Shown here piece after piece: positions 27,757 to 37,152 of a DNA stretch of 64,000 nucleotides. The notes under the pieces are model-generated. The model worked only from the letters and a program-made list of their open reading frames with translations. It was not told the origin of the DNA and ran no database searches. This DNA comes from an uncultured Odoribacter sp. (GTDB taxonomy: Bacteria; Bacteroidota; Bacteroidia; Bacteroidales; Prolixibacteraceae), in NCBI GenBank assembly GCA_964488805.1, contig CAZAVU010000009.1:7437-71436 (forward strand), given 5' to 3'. Positions within the stretch are counted from its first letter, which is position 1, and each line of letters begins with the position of its first letter. The position numbers and the translations under genes were made by a program.

Positions 27757-28623
27757 TTATCTAACGTAAGAAGCATTTTTCAGGAATTCGCAGCTCTTAC
27801 GTACACTTACGATAGGCTCGAAATTATATCTTTCAACTTCAACGAAAGCATCTTTCAATCCATTCTTGTAAGCCGTTTCATATATTGGTTTGAAATCAAT
27901 CAGTCCGCTCTCTCCAATTTCCTTTTCATCTTTAATGTGAAGCACGGGGAAACGATCGGGATATTTATTCAGGTAATCGACAGCTTTGTAACCACCTTTC
28001 ATTACCCAATAAACATCCATTTCAAAGAAGACTTTTTTCGGGTCAGTATGTTCCAGCATTAAATCATAGATTATTCCACCTTCGATTTTATCAAACTCAT
28101 GGGCATGATTATGATAACCAAACTGAACCTTCGATTTTGCAGTCATTTCACCAATAGCATTGTAAAAATCGCACCACAATTTTACATCATCTAAGGTTTT
28201 AGGCATTGGCATACTTGGTTTTACCAGGAACCGAACTCCGGCTTCTAGGTGGTCTTCCAAGGCTTTTTTCCACCAATCCAGAGCTTCTTTGGCGGTTTCT
28301 TTGGTGTAATTGGGTCCTCCAAGGTGTGCGCTGGTCATTTTCATGCCAAGTCCCTTAACTACTTTTTTAAACTCAGATGGAGCCATGCCATAGATCTTGC
28401 CATTGTCGTAACTGGCTGTTTCAAGAGTAGTAAAACCCATTTCAGCAACCTGTTTTAAGGTTCCCAAAACATCTGTTTTCATTGCATCGCGCAACGAATA
28501 AAGTTGTAATCCAATTGATTTCTTTCCTTTTTCAGAAATGGCAGCCTTCAACATTTGGCTACTCATGAGGCCACCAGCAATAATTAAAGAACTGGTTCTC
28601 AGAAAATCTCTTCTGTTTGTCAT
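27757..28623 (-). CDS. Tat-exported sugar-phosphate isomerase/epimerase-like TIM-barrel protein (AP_endonuc_2 family)
   Basis: NRRDFL Tat motif; IGLQLYSLRD, GYHNHAHEF, FEMDVYW, LHIKD, FVEVE. Confidence 0.88.
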   Translation of the reverse strand: MTNRRDFLRTSSLIIAGGLMSSQMLKAAISEKGKKSIGLQLYSLRDAMKTDVLGTLKQVAEMGFTTLETASYDNGKIYGMAPSEFKKVVKGLGMKMTSAHLGGPNYTKETAKEALDWWKKALEDHLEAGVRFLVKPSMPMPKTLDDVKLWCDFYNAIGEMTAKSKVQFGYHNHAHEFDKIEGGIIYDLMLEHTDPKKVFFEMDVYWVMKGGYKAVDYLNKYPDRFPVLHIKDEKEIGESGLIDFKPIYETAYKNGLKDAFVEVERYNFEPIVSVRKSCEFLKNASYVR

Positions 28624-28836
28624 TTTAATGTTGGTTTTTTTTGGTTTAAAGTGTGCAATTGTGCTAGGCAAAAATAATGAAACAGATGAGAAATGTCATT
28701 ATTGAAAGGACTCTTTTATCTCTGTCAGTAATATGTTTCTTGGTATCACAAAATGAAGTAATGCTTCGGTAAAATTCTAAAGGCAAGAATTCACTCAAAA
28801 AAGTTAAATTCGGGCTCAATTTTTATTCACGGAATA

Positions 28837-30972
28837 ATGGATCAGAAAATAATTCGTCATATCTCTCAATATCTTGGCATTCAGGAATCTCAGGTAAATA
28901 ATACAATACAGCTTTTGGCTGAAGGAGCAACAGTTCCGTTTATCTCGCGCTACCGAAAAGAACGAACAGGCAGCCTCGATGAAGTCCAGGTTGAATCCAT
29001 CAAAGAGCAGAAGGAAAAAATGGAAGAGTTGCTCAAACGCAAGGAAACCATTCTGAAAACCATTGAGGAACAGAATTTACTCACCAGCGAGCTTCGAAAA
29101 AGAATTGATGACTGTTTTGATCCAACAGAATTGGAGGATATCTACCTGCCCTACAAGCCTAAGCGCAGGACTCGTGCCTCTGTTGCGCGCGAAAAAGGAT
29201 TGGAGCCATTGGCAAAAATAATCATGAAGCAAAATGATCCAAACATTGACTTAAAAGCTCTTTCTTTTGTAAATGAACTGGTTGAATCGGTTGAAGACGC
29301 TTTCGCCGGCGCCCGCGATATTATTGCTGAATGGATTAATGAGAATGAAAAAGCCCGATCGATTGTTCGTCAGGCATTTGATTTCGGAGCTTTTATTTCG
29401 TGTAAGGTGATAAAAGGGAAAGAGGAGGAAGCAGCCAAATACCACGATTATTTTGATTGGAACGAACCTTTGAAAAAATGCCCGTCACACCGCCTGATGG
29501 CCATGCGTCGCGGAGAAAAAGAGGGTTTCCTGAGGGTTTCCGTCACACCTGAAAGCGAGGATGCCGTCATGCGATTAAAACGCTTTTTTATACATAGCAA
29601 TAATAGTTGTGCCGATCAGATGGAACTAGCTGTAGCTGATTCATACAAGCGTTTGCTGGAACCATCTATCGAAACCGAATTTGCCAATTTGTCGAAAGAA
29701 AAAGCTGACGAGGAAGCCATTCGTGTATTTGCCGAAAACCTTCGCCAACTCTTACTGGCCGCGCCATTGGGACAAAAGCGGGTTCTGGCCATTGATCCCG
29801 GATTCAGAACGGGTTGCAAGGTGGTTTGCCTCGATGCTCAGGGAAATTTACTGCACAACGAAACAATCTATCCGCATAAGCCACAGGAAGAGGTTAAACA
29901 GGCCGCCCGAAAGATGACCTCACTCGTGAGTTCATACCAGATCGAAGCCATTGCAATTGGAAATGGTACGGCCAGTCGTGAAACTGAATCCTTCATCAAA
30001 AAATTGCATTTTGATCGTGATCTCAAAGTTTTTGTAGTGTCAGAAGATGGCGCATCCATTTATTCGGCCTCTAAAATTGCACGCGACGAATTCCCTCAAT
30101 ACGATGTGACTGTCCGCGGAGCGGTTTCCATTGGCCGTCGATTGATGGATCCTCTGGCCGAACTGGTAAAAATTGATCCTAAATCAATCGGAGTGGGGCA
30201 GTACCAACACGATGTCGATCAGAAGAAATTGAAAAATAGTTTGGATCGGGTTGTCGAGTCAAGCGTAAATATGGTCGGCGTGAATGTTAATACGGCATCA
30301 CAGCATTTACTGACCTACATTTCGGGACTTGGCCCCCAATTGGCACAAAACATAGTCGATTACCGAAAAGACAATGGCGCCTTTAATTCCCGGAAAGAAT
30401 TATTGAAGGTTCCGAGGATGGGGGCCAAAGCATACGAACAATCCGCCGGATTTTTACGGATACCTGAAGCAGCCTATCCTTTGGATAATTCGGCAGTCCA
30501 TCCCGAATCGTATTTTGTGGTCGAGAATATTGCGAAGGACCTGAAATGCACCATTCAGGAACTAATCTCGAACGAAGAACTTCAGAATAAGATTAACTGG
30601 ACCAAATATGTAACCACCGAAGTTGGCCTTCCGACCCTGGAGGATATTAAAAAGGAACTGGCCAAACCGGGCCGCGATCCGAGAAAAGCTGTCAAAGTGT
30701 TTGAATTTGCGCCTGACGTTTACAAAGTTGAAGATTTGCAGGTAGGAATGGTTTTGCCGGGCATTGTGACCAACATTACCAAATTCGGCGCTTTTGTGGA
30801 TGTAGGTGTCAAACAGGACGGTTTAGTGCATGTCTCACAAATGGCCGATCGCTATATCAGTAATCCATCAGAAGTAGTAAAACTGCACCAACACGTACTA
30901 GTCAAGGTAATTGAACTCGATTTCCAAAGAAAACGAATTCAATTAAGCTTGAAACAAGTACCACAGAATTAG
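28837..30972 (+). CDS. tex: Tex-family RNA-binding transcription accessory protein
   Basis: GATVPFISRYRKERTG, DPGFRTGCK, GVGQYQHD, C-terminal S1 domain. Confidence 0.96.
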   Translation: MDQKIIRHISQYLGIQESQVNNTIQLLAEGATVPFISRYRKERTGSLDEVQVESIKEQKEKMEELLKRKETILKTIEEQNLLTSELRKRIDDCFDPTELEDIYLPYKPKRRTRASVAREKGLEPLAKIIMKQNDPNIDLKALSFVNELVESVEDAFAGARDIIAEWINENEKARSIVRQAFDFGAFISCKVIKGKEEEAAKYHDYFDWNEPLKKCPSHRLMAMRRGEKEGFLRVSVTPESEDAVMRLKRFFIHSNNSCADQMELAVADSYKRLLEPSIETEFANLSKEKADEEAIRVFAENLRQLLLAAPLGQKRVLAIDPGFRTGCKVVCLDAQGNLLHNETIYPHKPQEEVKQAARKMTSLVSSYQIEAIAIGNGTASRETESFIKKLHFDRDLKVFVVSEDGASIYSASKIARDEFPQYDVTVRGAVSIGRRLMDPLAELVKIDPKSIGVGQYQHDVDQKKLKNSLDRVVESSVNMVGVNVNTASQHLLTYISGLGPQLAQNIVDYRKDNGAFNSRKELLKVPRMGAKAYEQSAGFLRIPEAAYPLDNSAVHPESYFVVENIAKDLKCTIQELISNEELQNKINWTKYVTTEVGLPTLEDIKKELAKPGRDPRKAVKVFEFAPDVYKVEDLQVGMVLPGIVTNITKFGAFVDVGVKQDGLVHVSQMADRYISNPSEVVKLHQHVLVKVIELDFQRKRIQLSLKQVPQN

Positions 30973-31166
30973 GCTTCTTCCATCGGAATAATGGCCCACA
31001 TGATCAGATAGGCCAGCAATCCGGGAAAGCCAACGCTGGCAAGCGACAGAATGACATAAACAATGCGAACAATTTTTGGATCCATGTCCAAATAATTGGC
31101 AATTCCGGCTAAAACACCGGCGACCATTTTGTCTTTTGACCTGGTAAGCCTTTTCTGCGCAGTCAT
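30969..31166 (-). CDS. PspC-domain protein
   Basis: KRLTRSKDKMVAGVLAGIANYLDMD...YLIMWAIIP; ATG at 31166. Confidence 0.88.
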   Translation of the reverse strand: MTAQKRLTRSKDKMVAGVLAGIANYLDMDPKIVRIVYVILSLASVGFPGLLAYLIMWAIIPMEEA

Positions 31167-31167
31167 T

Positions 31168-31422
31168 TTAGTCGTCCTCCCCGTCTTCGTAGAAGCTGTC
31201 CTGATTTTCCAGTTCGGTTTCCAAAAATTCTTCAGCTTCGTCAAGAAGCTGTGCGATAAGGTCTTTATCAACAGGTTCTTCGTCGATCCAGTAAATCTGT
31301 TGATTTACAGAGAAGTCTTCAATGTCGCTTCCAACGATAAAACGTGGAAATTCATTGTGAACAACATACAACATGTCAGGCATTTCCTGAGAATTGTCGG
31401 CAAGCAAAAATTTTGGTAGCAT
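31168..31422 (-). CDS. Small acidic hypothetical protein (84 aa)
   Basis: MLPKFLLADNSQE...YVVHNEFPRFI...; stop is 1 nt before the PspC-domain gene start. Confidence 0.75.
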   Translation of the reverse strand: MLPKFLLADNSQEMPDMLYVVHNEFPRFIVGSDIEDFSVNQQIYWIDEEPVDKDLIAQLLDEAEEFLETELENQDSFYEDGEDD

Positions 31423-31617
31423 AATTTCTAGTTTGGTGATTTGTAAACAAAATTAGATAAAAATGGGAATTTGTTGTACGAATTCCCATCAATTTTAACG
31501 CCTTTACAATTCGATAACGTTTGATCAAACGCATAATAATGGAGTAATATTACTGAGCCACATTCAAAATTTGTAACCTGAATCCTTTTTGTACTTTTGC
31601 ACTCATAATAAATTGGT

Positions 31618-34095
31618 ATGACTCTGGTATATCCTGAAAATTTCGAATCGAAAATAGGTTTTGATAAAATCCGTGAATTGCTGAAAAACCGTTGTTTGAG
31701 TACTTTAGGCAAAGAACTGGTTGATCAGATCCATTTTTCAAGCAATTTCAAGCAATTGACTTTTGACCTTTCGCTGGTCAATGAATTTGTTGTTATCATT
31801 CGCGAAACGGAAAACTTTCCGACCAGTTATTACTTTGACCTTCGCGAAGCTCTGACCAAAATCCGCATTGAGGGGCGGTTCCTGGAAGTGCAGGAATTGT
31901 TCGATCTGAAACGTTCGCTCGAAACAATCACCGGAATTGTCCGTTTCCTGAAGCAAACCAGGGAAGAACAGTTCCCTTGTCTGAAACAACTGCTGGCCGG
32001 GGTTCAGGTTTATCCTTATGTGATTGAACGGATTGATGCAATCCTGAACAAATATGGAAAAATAAAAGACAATGCTTCCCAGGAACTGTCACGCATTCGT
32101 AAAGAATTGCTGAGTAAACAGTCCGGCGTTTCGAAACGTCTGCAGACAATTCTGAAAAAAGCACAGGACGATGGTCTGGTCGAAGAGGACGCATCGGTTG
32201 CTATTCGCGACGGACGTGCCGTTATCCCGGTTTCGTCATCGCTCAAACGGCGGCTGAGTGGAATTGTTCACGACGAGTCAGCCACCGGGAAAACAGCCTA
32301 CATCGAACCTGCCGAAGTAGTTGAAATGAACAACGAAATTCGTGAACTGGAATATGCCGAGATGCGCGAAATCGTTAAGATCCTGACCATTTTCGCCAAT
32401 GATATCCGCCCATATTTGCCTGATCTGGTAAAGGCTTATGAATTTCTGGGAGAAATCGATTTTATCAGGGCCAAAGCTACCTATGCCATTGACACAAACG
32501 GGATAAAACCATACATGGAGAATACCTGTCAACTCGATTGGGAAAATGCAGTTCATCCTTTGCTGATGCTTGCCTTGCGCCGCGAAAACCGCAAGGTTGT
32601 TCCGTTAAATATCAGGTTGACTGAGCAAAAACACATTTTGCTGATTTCAGGACCAAATGCCGGAGGAAAATCGGTTTGTCTGAAAACGGTTGGACTGCTT
32701 CAGTATATGCTTCAATGTGGATTGCTGATCCCGGTAAAGGAAAGCAGTACTACGGGTATATTCGAAAAATTGTTTATTGACATTGGTGATGAGCAGTCAA
32801 TTGAAAATGACCTCAGTACGTATAGTTCTCACCTGATGAACATGAAATTTTTCCTGAAAAATTCGAATGAGAAGACACTGGTGCTGATCGATGAATTTGG
32901 AACCGGAACCGAACCCATGCTTGGCGGTGCTATTGCCGAATCTATTTTGTCACAGCTCAACAGCATGAATACATTTGGCGTAATTACCACACACTACACC
33001 AACCTCAAACACTTTGCATCATCGACCGAAGGCATTGAAAATGCAGCTATGATGTATGATTCTGCTCGTATGGAACCTTTGTTTCAGCTTGATATTGGGA
33101 AGCCAGGCAGCTCTTTTGCCTTCGAAATTGCCCGAAAAATCGGCCTTCCCGAACAAATCCTTCAGGATGCCACCGAAAAAATCGGGAAAGACCATATTAA
33201 CTTCGACAAACACCTGCGCGACATTGTGCGCGATAAACGCTATTGGGAATCGAAACGACAGAAAATCCGAAAAGTCGAAAAATCACTCGACGAATTGGCC
33301 GATAAATATGAAAGCGACCTCTCACAGCTCGACAAGCAACGCAAAGAAATATTGCTGAAAGCCCGTCAGGAAGCCGACCAGATTTTAGCTGAAGCCAATA
33401 AACGCATTGAAAATACCATTCGCGAGATTCGTGAAAGCCAGGCTGAAAAGGAGAAAACCAAACAAATCCGCGCCAAACTGGTTGAATTTAAGCAGGAAGT
33501 GGAGGAATCAGCAAAAATTGACGATGATCTGATCAATCAGAAAATCCAGAAACTCAAAGAAAAAGAGTCGCGACGAAACCAGAAACGGGCTGAGAAAAAA
33601 CCTGTGGAGGAAAAAGTAAAAGCTATAGAACCGGACGAATGGAAGCCTGGAGATAAAGTTTTGATGGACGGAAATCAAAATATTGGTGAGATACTGGAGC
33701 TGAGCGAGAAAAATGCCGTGGTCGCTTTTGGACAGCTCCGCACTTCGGTCAGCCGCGACAAGCTGCAAAAAATCTCGGGGAATGAAGCCAAGAAGATATA
33801 CAATCAGACCATGCCCAATATCAACAAAGGCTTGAGCGAGAAACGGCTTATTTTTAAAACCGAAATTGATGTACGCGGCCAACGTGCCGAAGAAGCTCTA
33901 CAAACCATTCAGGCATTTATTGACGATGCGATTATGCTTGATTTTAGTGAGCTGAGGATCTTGCACGGAAAAGGCAACGGGATTCTGAAAGAGATGATAC
34001 GCAACTACCTGAAGTCAGAACCAGCCGTGAAATCGTTCCGCGATGAACATGTGCAGTTTGGAGGTGCCGGAATTACTGTGGTGGAAATAGGATAG
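31618..34095 (+). CDS. mutS2: Endonuclease MutS2 (Smr domain)
   Basis: SGPNAGGKS, DIGDEQSIENDLSTYSSH, DEFGTGTEP, coiled coil, Smr ILHGKGNG. Confidence 0.95.
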   Translation: MTLVYPENFESKIGFDKIRELLKNRCLSTLGKELVDQIHFSSNFKQLTFDLSLVNEFVVIIRETENFPTSYYFDLREALTKIRIEGRFLEVQELFDLKRSLETITGIVRFLKQTREEQFPCLKQLLAGVQVYPYVIERIDAILNKYGKIKDNASQELSRIRKELLSKQSGVSKRLQTILKKAQDDGLVEEDASVAIRDGRAVIPVSSSLKRRLSGIVHDESATGKTAYIEPAEVVEMNNEIRELEYAEMREIVKILTIFANDIRPYLPDLVKAYEFLGEIDFIRAKATYAIDTNGIKPYMENTCQLDWENAVHPLLMLALRRENRKVVPLNIRLTEQKHILLISGPNAGGKSVCLKTVGLLQYMLQCGLLIPVKESSTTGIFEKLFIDIGDEQSIENDLSTYSSHLMNMKFFLKNSNEKTLVLIDEFGTGTEPMLGGAIAESILSQLNSMNTFGVITTHYTNLKHFASSTEGIENAAMMYDSARMEPLFQLDIGKPGSSFAFEIARKIGLPEQILQDATEKIGKDHINFDKHLRDIVRDKRYWESKRQKIRKVEKSLDELADKYESDLSQLDKQRKEILLKARQEADQILAEANKRIENTIREIRESQAEKEKTKQIRAKLVEFKQEVEESAKIDDDLINQKIQKLKEKESRRNQKRAEKKPVEEKVKAIEPDEWKPGDKVLMDGNQNIGEILELSEKNAVVAFGQLRTSVSRDKLQKISGNEAKKIYNQTMPNINKGLSEKRLIFKTEIDVRGQRAEEALQTIQAFIDDAIMLDFSELRILHGKGNGILKEMIRNYLKSEPAVKSFRDEHVQFGGAGITVVEIG

Positions 34096-34155
34096 GGGGG
34101 CTAAAATTATTTTTGATTCCCGTATCTTTGAATAAAATTTAATGTTTTTGTACTC

Positions 34156-34803
34156 ATGATAAACGAAAAACTAGATAAACAGCTTTTAGAGTCACTAAAA
34201 GACAACGGATTTACTGAATCAACTGAATTACAACGGGTTTGTATTCCCAAGATTAAGAGTGGCCGCGACCTGTTGTGCCTTGCCGGAGAACAATCAGGCA
34301 AATCAACTGCTATTGTGGTGAGTGTTCTTCAACGCTTAAAAGCCTCGCTTGACGATAATCCCCGGGCAATTATTGTTGTTGCCGATGCGTTGAAAGCTCA
34401 CGCCCTGAAAGACGAATTTGAAAGATTGGGGCAATACACTGATTTACGTGTTTATACAGCTTGTGAGGATGAGCGCATTGACAATCAGAAGGATCGCATT
34501 TACATGGGGTCGGATGTGGTCATTGGAACTGCCAAACGCCTGAACGAAATTTATTCCTTGTATGCGCTAAACCTTAGCGTGGTGAAAATTTACGCCATCG
34601 ACGATGCCGAGCTGGTAATAAAAAGCATTAATTATCCACAGATCGACCGCCTTTCGGAAAGCATTTCCAAAGGACAGCGAGTCGTTTTTGCCAGCCACCT
34701 GACTGACTGGATTGAGCGTTTTGCTGATGAGTTTATGGATGTTCAGGAGATCATCGAGATCGAAGAAACTGAAGATGATGACAGCGAGTCTGTCGATGAA
34801 TAG
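34156..34803 (+). CDS. Single-domain, degenerate DEAD-box-like protein
   Basis: Q motif GF.EST.LQ, Walker A SGKST, DDAE in place of DEAD; no C-terminal helicase domain; acidic tail. Confidence 0.75.
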   Translation: MINEKLDKQLLESLKDNGFTESTELQRVCIPKIKSGRDLLCLAGEQSGKSTAIVVSVLQRLKASLDDNPRAIIVVADALKAHALKDEFERLGQYTDLRVYTACEDERIDNQKDRIYMGSDVVIGTAKRLNEIYSLYALNLSVVKIYAIDDAELVIKSINYPQIDRLSESISKGQRVVFASHLTDWIERFADEFMDVQEIIEIEETEDDDSESVDE

Positions 34804-34832
34804 TTGATTCATTTGTTTTTTTTCAAGGATAT

Positions 34833-35978
34833 ATGCGCAGTTCAATCTTTATAATCTTTTTCAGTGTCGTTTTACTGATCTATTCTTCAGTAAATTATTA
34901 TCTGTATGTGAGAGGACTTCAGATTTTCTCGCTTAATCCAACCATGCAATGTTGGTACCGGGGGATCTTTGTGTTTGTGGTATCCTCATTTATACTCGGG
35001 ATAGTTTTGGAACGAACTGCTTCATCTGTTTTCAGTGAATGGATTTTCCGGATTGGTTCCTTTTGGCTGGCTTTTATGTTGTACCTGGTTATTGCCGCAG
35101 TGTTGGTAGATGCAGTGCGCTTTGTTAATCATTTTACCCATTTCCTTCCATCGGTTTCATCTATCCGCCAATTTCAATTTGGAATATTGGTGATTGCGCT
35201 GGTTTCGCTAATAATAATTGCAGGCCATATCAATGCATTGTGGATCAACGTCAAAGAAATCCCACTGACTATACATAAAAAGGTTTCTGGTCCTTCTGAA
35301 ATGAAAATCCTCATGGCCTCCGACTTGCACCTGGGCGCTTTGATCGGAGAACGTCGTGAAAAACGGTTACTTGAGATTGTCCGTGAGCAAAAACCGGATT
35401 TAGTCTTGTTGTGCGGCGATTTGGTTGATGGCGAAATTGCTCCGGTTTTGCGCAAAAATCTTGGCCGGCATATTCAGGAAATTGAAGCTCCAATGGGTGT
35501 TTTTGCTATTTCAGGAAACCATGAATACATTGGAGGAATTGATAAAACCTTGCCTTATCTGAAAAGCATCAATATCAGGATGTTGCTCGATGAAATTGTT
35601 GTTTTACCCAATGGCATTCATCTGGTAGGCCGAAACGATCATTCGGCAGGAACCCGGATTGGAGAAGAACCTAAACCTTTGGATGAACTGCTTTCAGGAA
35701 CCGATCGCAGAAACCCCATTATCGTGATGAACCATCAGCCTTTTAATTTGCACGAAGCTACCTTTTCGAAAGTCGATTTGTATTTGGCCGGACATACCCA
35801 CAACGGTCAACTTTGGCCGCTCAATTACGTTACCGGAGCTATTTTTGAACTAAGCTGGGGCTTCATGAAAAAAGGAAACACCAACTTTTACGTATCGTCA
35901 GGTTTCGGAACCTGGGGCCCGTCAGTCCGGACAGGGAACAGGCCCGAAGTTGTGGTTTTTAACGTAAAATTTGATTAA
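34833..35978 (+). CDS. Membrane-anchored metallophosphoesterase (YkuE-like)
   Basis: N-terminal TMs; SDLH, GDLVD, GNHE, HQP, GHTHNGQ, VSSGFG.WGP. Confidence 0.9.
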   Translation: MRSSIFIIFFSVVLLIYSSVNYYLYVRGLQIFSLNPTMQCWYRGIFVFVVSSFILGIVLERTASSVFSEWIFRIGSFWLAFMLYLVIAAVLVDAVRFVNHFTHFLPSVSSIRQFQFGILVIALVSLIIIAGHINALWINVKEIPLTIHKKVSGPSEMKILMASDLHLGALIGERREKRLLEIVREQKPDLVLLCGDLVDGEIAPVLRKNLGRHIQEIEAPMGVFAISGNHEYIGGIDKTLPYLKSINIRMLLDEIVVLPNGIHLVGRNDHSAGTRIGEEPKPLDELLSGTDRRNPIIVMNHQPFNLHEATFSKVDLYLAGHTHNGQLWPLNYVTGAIFELSWGFMKKGNTNFYVSSGFGTWGPSVRTGNRPEVVVFNVKFD

Positions 35979-36003
35979 CCCGTCAAGCTGTTTCAGTTTC
36001 AGC

Positions 36004-37128
36004 TCAAGGTTTACACAATCTCCCATCCATATCTTCGCGGTCAAATTCAGGTTCGATCGGGAATTTGACCGGTTTCCCATCGCGTTGCGAGCGATAAATC
36101 GCGGTAAATAATTCAACAGTTTTTCGGCCTTCCTCGGCTGTTACCATTGGCTGACGATCGTTTAAAATAGCATGTGCAAAATCAGCAAGTTGCTGTTTGA
36201 AATACCAGGTCATTGAATCAACCGAATTAAACTCATCGGTATCGGCATTATTCCATTCTTCAATCAAACCTTCTTCTCCCGGAACTGTCCATAGATCGAG
36301 TGCAGGAGGCGCTGCGATAGTCGTTTTTCCAGGCAAAAACATGGCTCCGCCTTCTATTTGAGAACCAACCGAAGCGCCGTTACTTCCATGTATATGAACC
36401 TTTCCGTAAATGCCCGGTTTTTGTGAATTGCTTACCAGAATATTTCCTAAGCCTCCGTTTTTAAACCGGATCAAGGCTACAGCCGTGTCTTCCACTTCAA
36501 TGTAAGGATGGTTTATATTGCTCCAGTAACCAAAAACTTCGTCGATGTCACCCATCAGCCATTGCAAAAGATCGAGCTGATGCGGAGCCTGATTGACCAG
36601 CACTCCACCGCCCTCCGTTTTCCATGATCCGCGCCAGGCATCGCTCTCAAAATAGGAACGGTCGCGCCATCCCAGCATTTGAATGGTTCCCAGAGCTGGA
36701 ATACCGATTTTACCTTCATCGATTGCTTTTTTCATTCGTTGAATCGGTTGGTACCAGCGCCGCTGACTGATTACCCCAGTTTTCAGGCCAGTCTTTTGTG
36801 CTGTTTCAATGATACAGTCGCAATCCTGAAGCGTGGAGGCCAACGGTTTTTCAATCAGCACATGAGCCCCGGCTTCCATCGCCTGAATGGCTGTATCGGC
36901 ATGATAGGGGTGAGCCGTACAAATGATGGCCATCTGAATGTTCTCAGCTTTTATCATCTCCGGAATAGAAGTATAGGCGTTCACTCCATAGCTATCCACA
37001 AACTTTTGGGCCGATTCGGGAGTTCTGCTCCAAACCGCCTTGAATTTCAATTCCGGTATTTGCAAAATGGCTTTGGCATGCAAATGCGCGATTTTTGCAC
37101 AGCCCAAAATGGCAACGTTGATGGTCAT
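36004..37128 (-). CDS. Gfo/Idh/MocA oxidoreductase (cytoplasmic)
   Basis: VAILGC..IA, HVLIEKP, WRG.W..EGGGVL.NQA.HQLD; no signal peptide. Confidence 0.92.
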   Translation of the reverse strand: MTINVAILGCAKIAHLHAKAILQIPELKFKAVWSRTPESAQKFVDSYGVNAYTSIPEMIKAENIQMAIICTAHPYHADTAIQAMEAGAHVLIEKPLASTLQDCDCIIETAQKTGLKTGVISQRRWYQPIQRMKKAIDEGKIGIPALGTIQMLGWRDRSYFESDAWRGSWKTEGGGVLVNQAPHQLDLLQWLMGDIDEVFGYWSNINHPYIEVEDTAVALIRFKNGGLGNILVSNSQKPGIYGKVHIHGSNGASVGSQIEGGAMFLPGKTTIAAPPALDLWTVPGEEGLIEEWNNADTDEFNSVDSMTWYFKQQLADFAHAILNDRQPMVTAEEGRKTVELFTAIYRSQRDGKPVKFPIEPEFDREDMDGRLCKP

Positions 37129-37152
37129 TGTCTGGTTTTTAGTAGTTTAATC

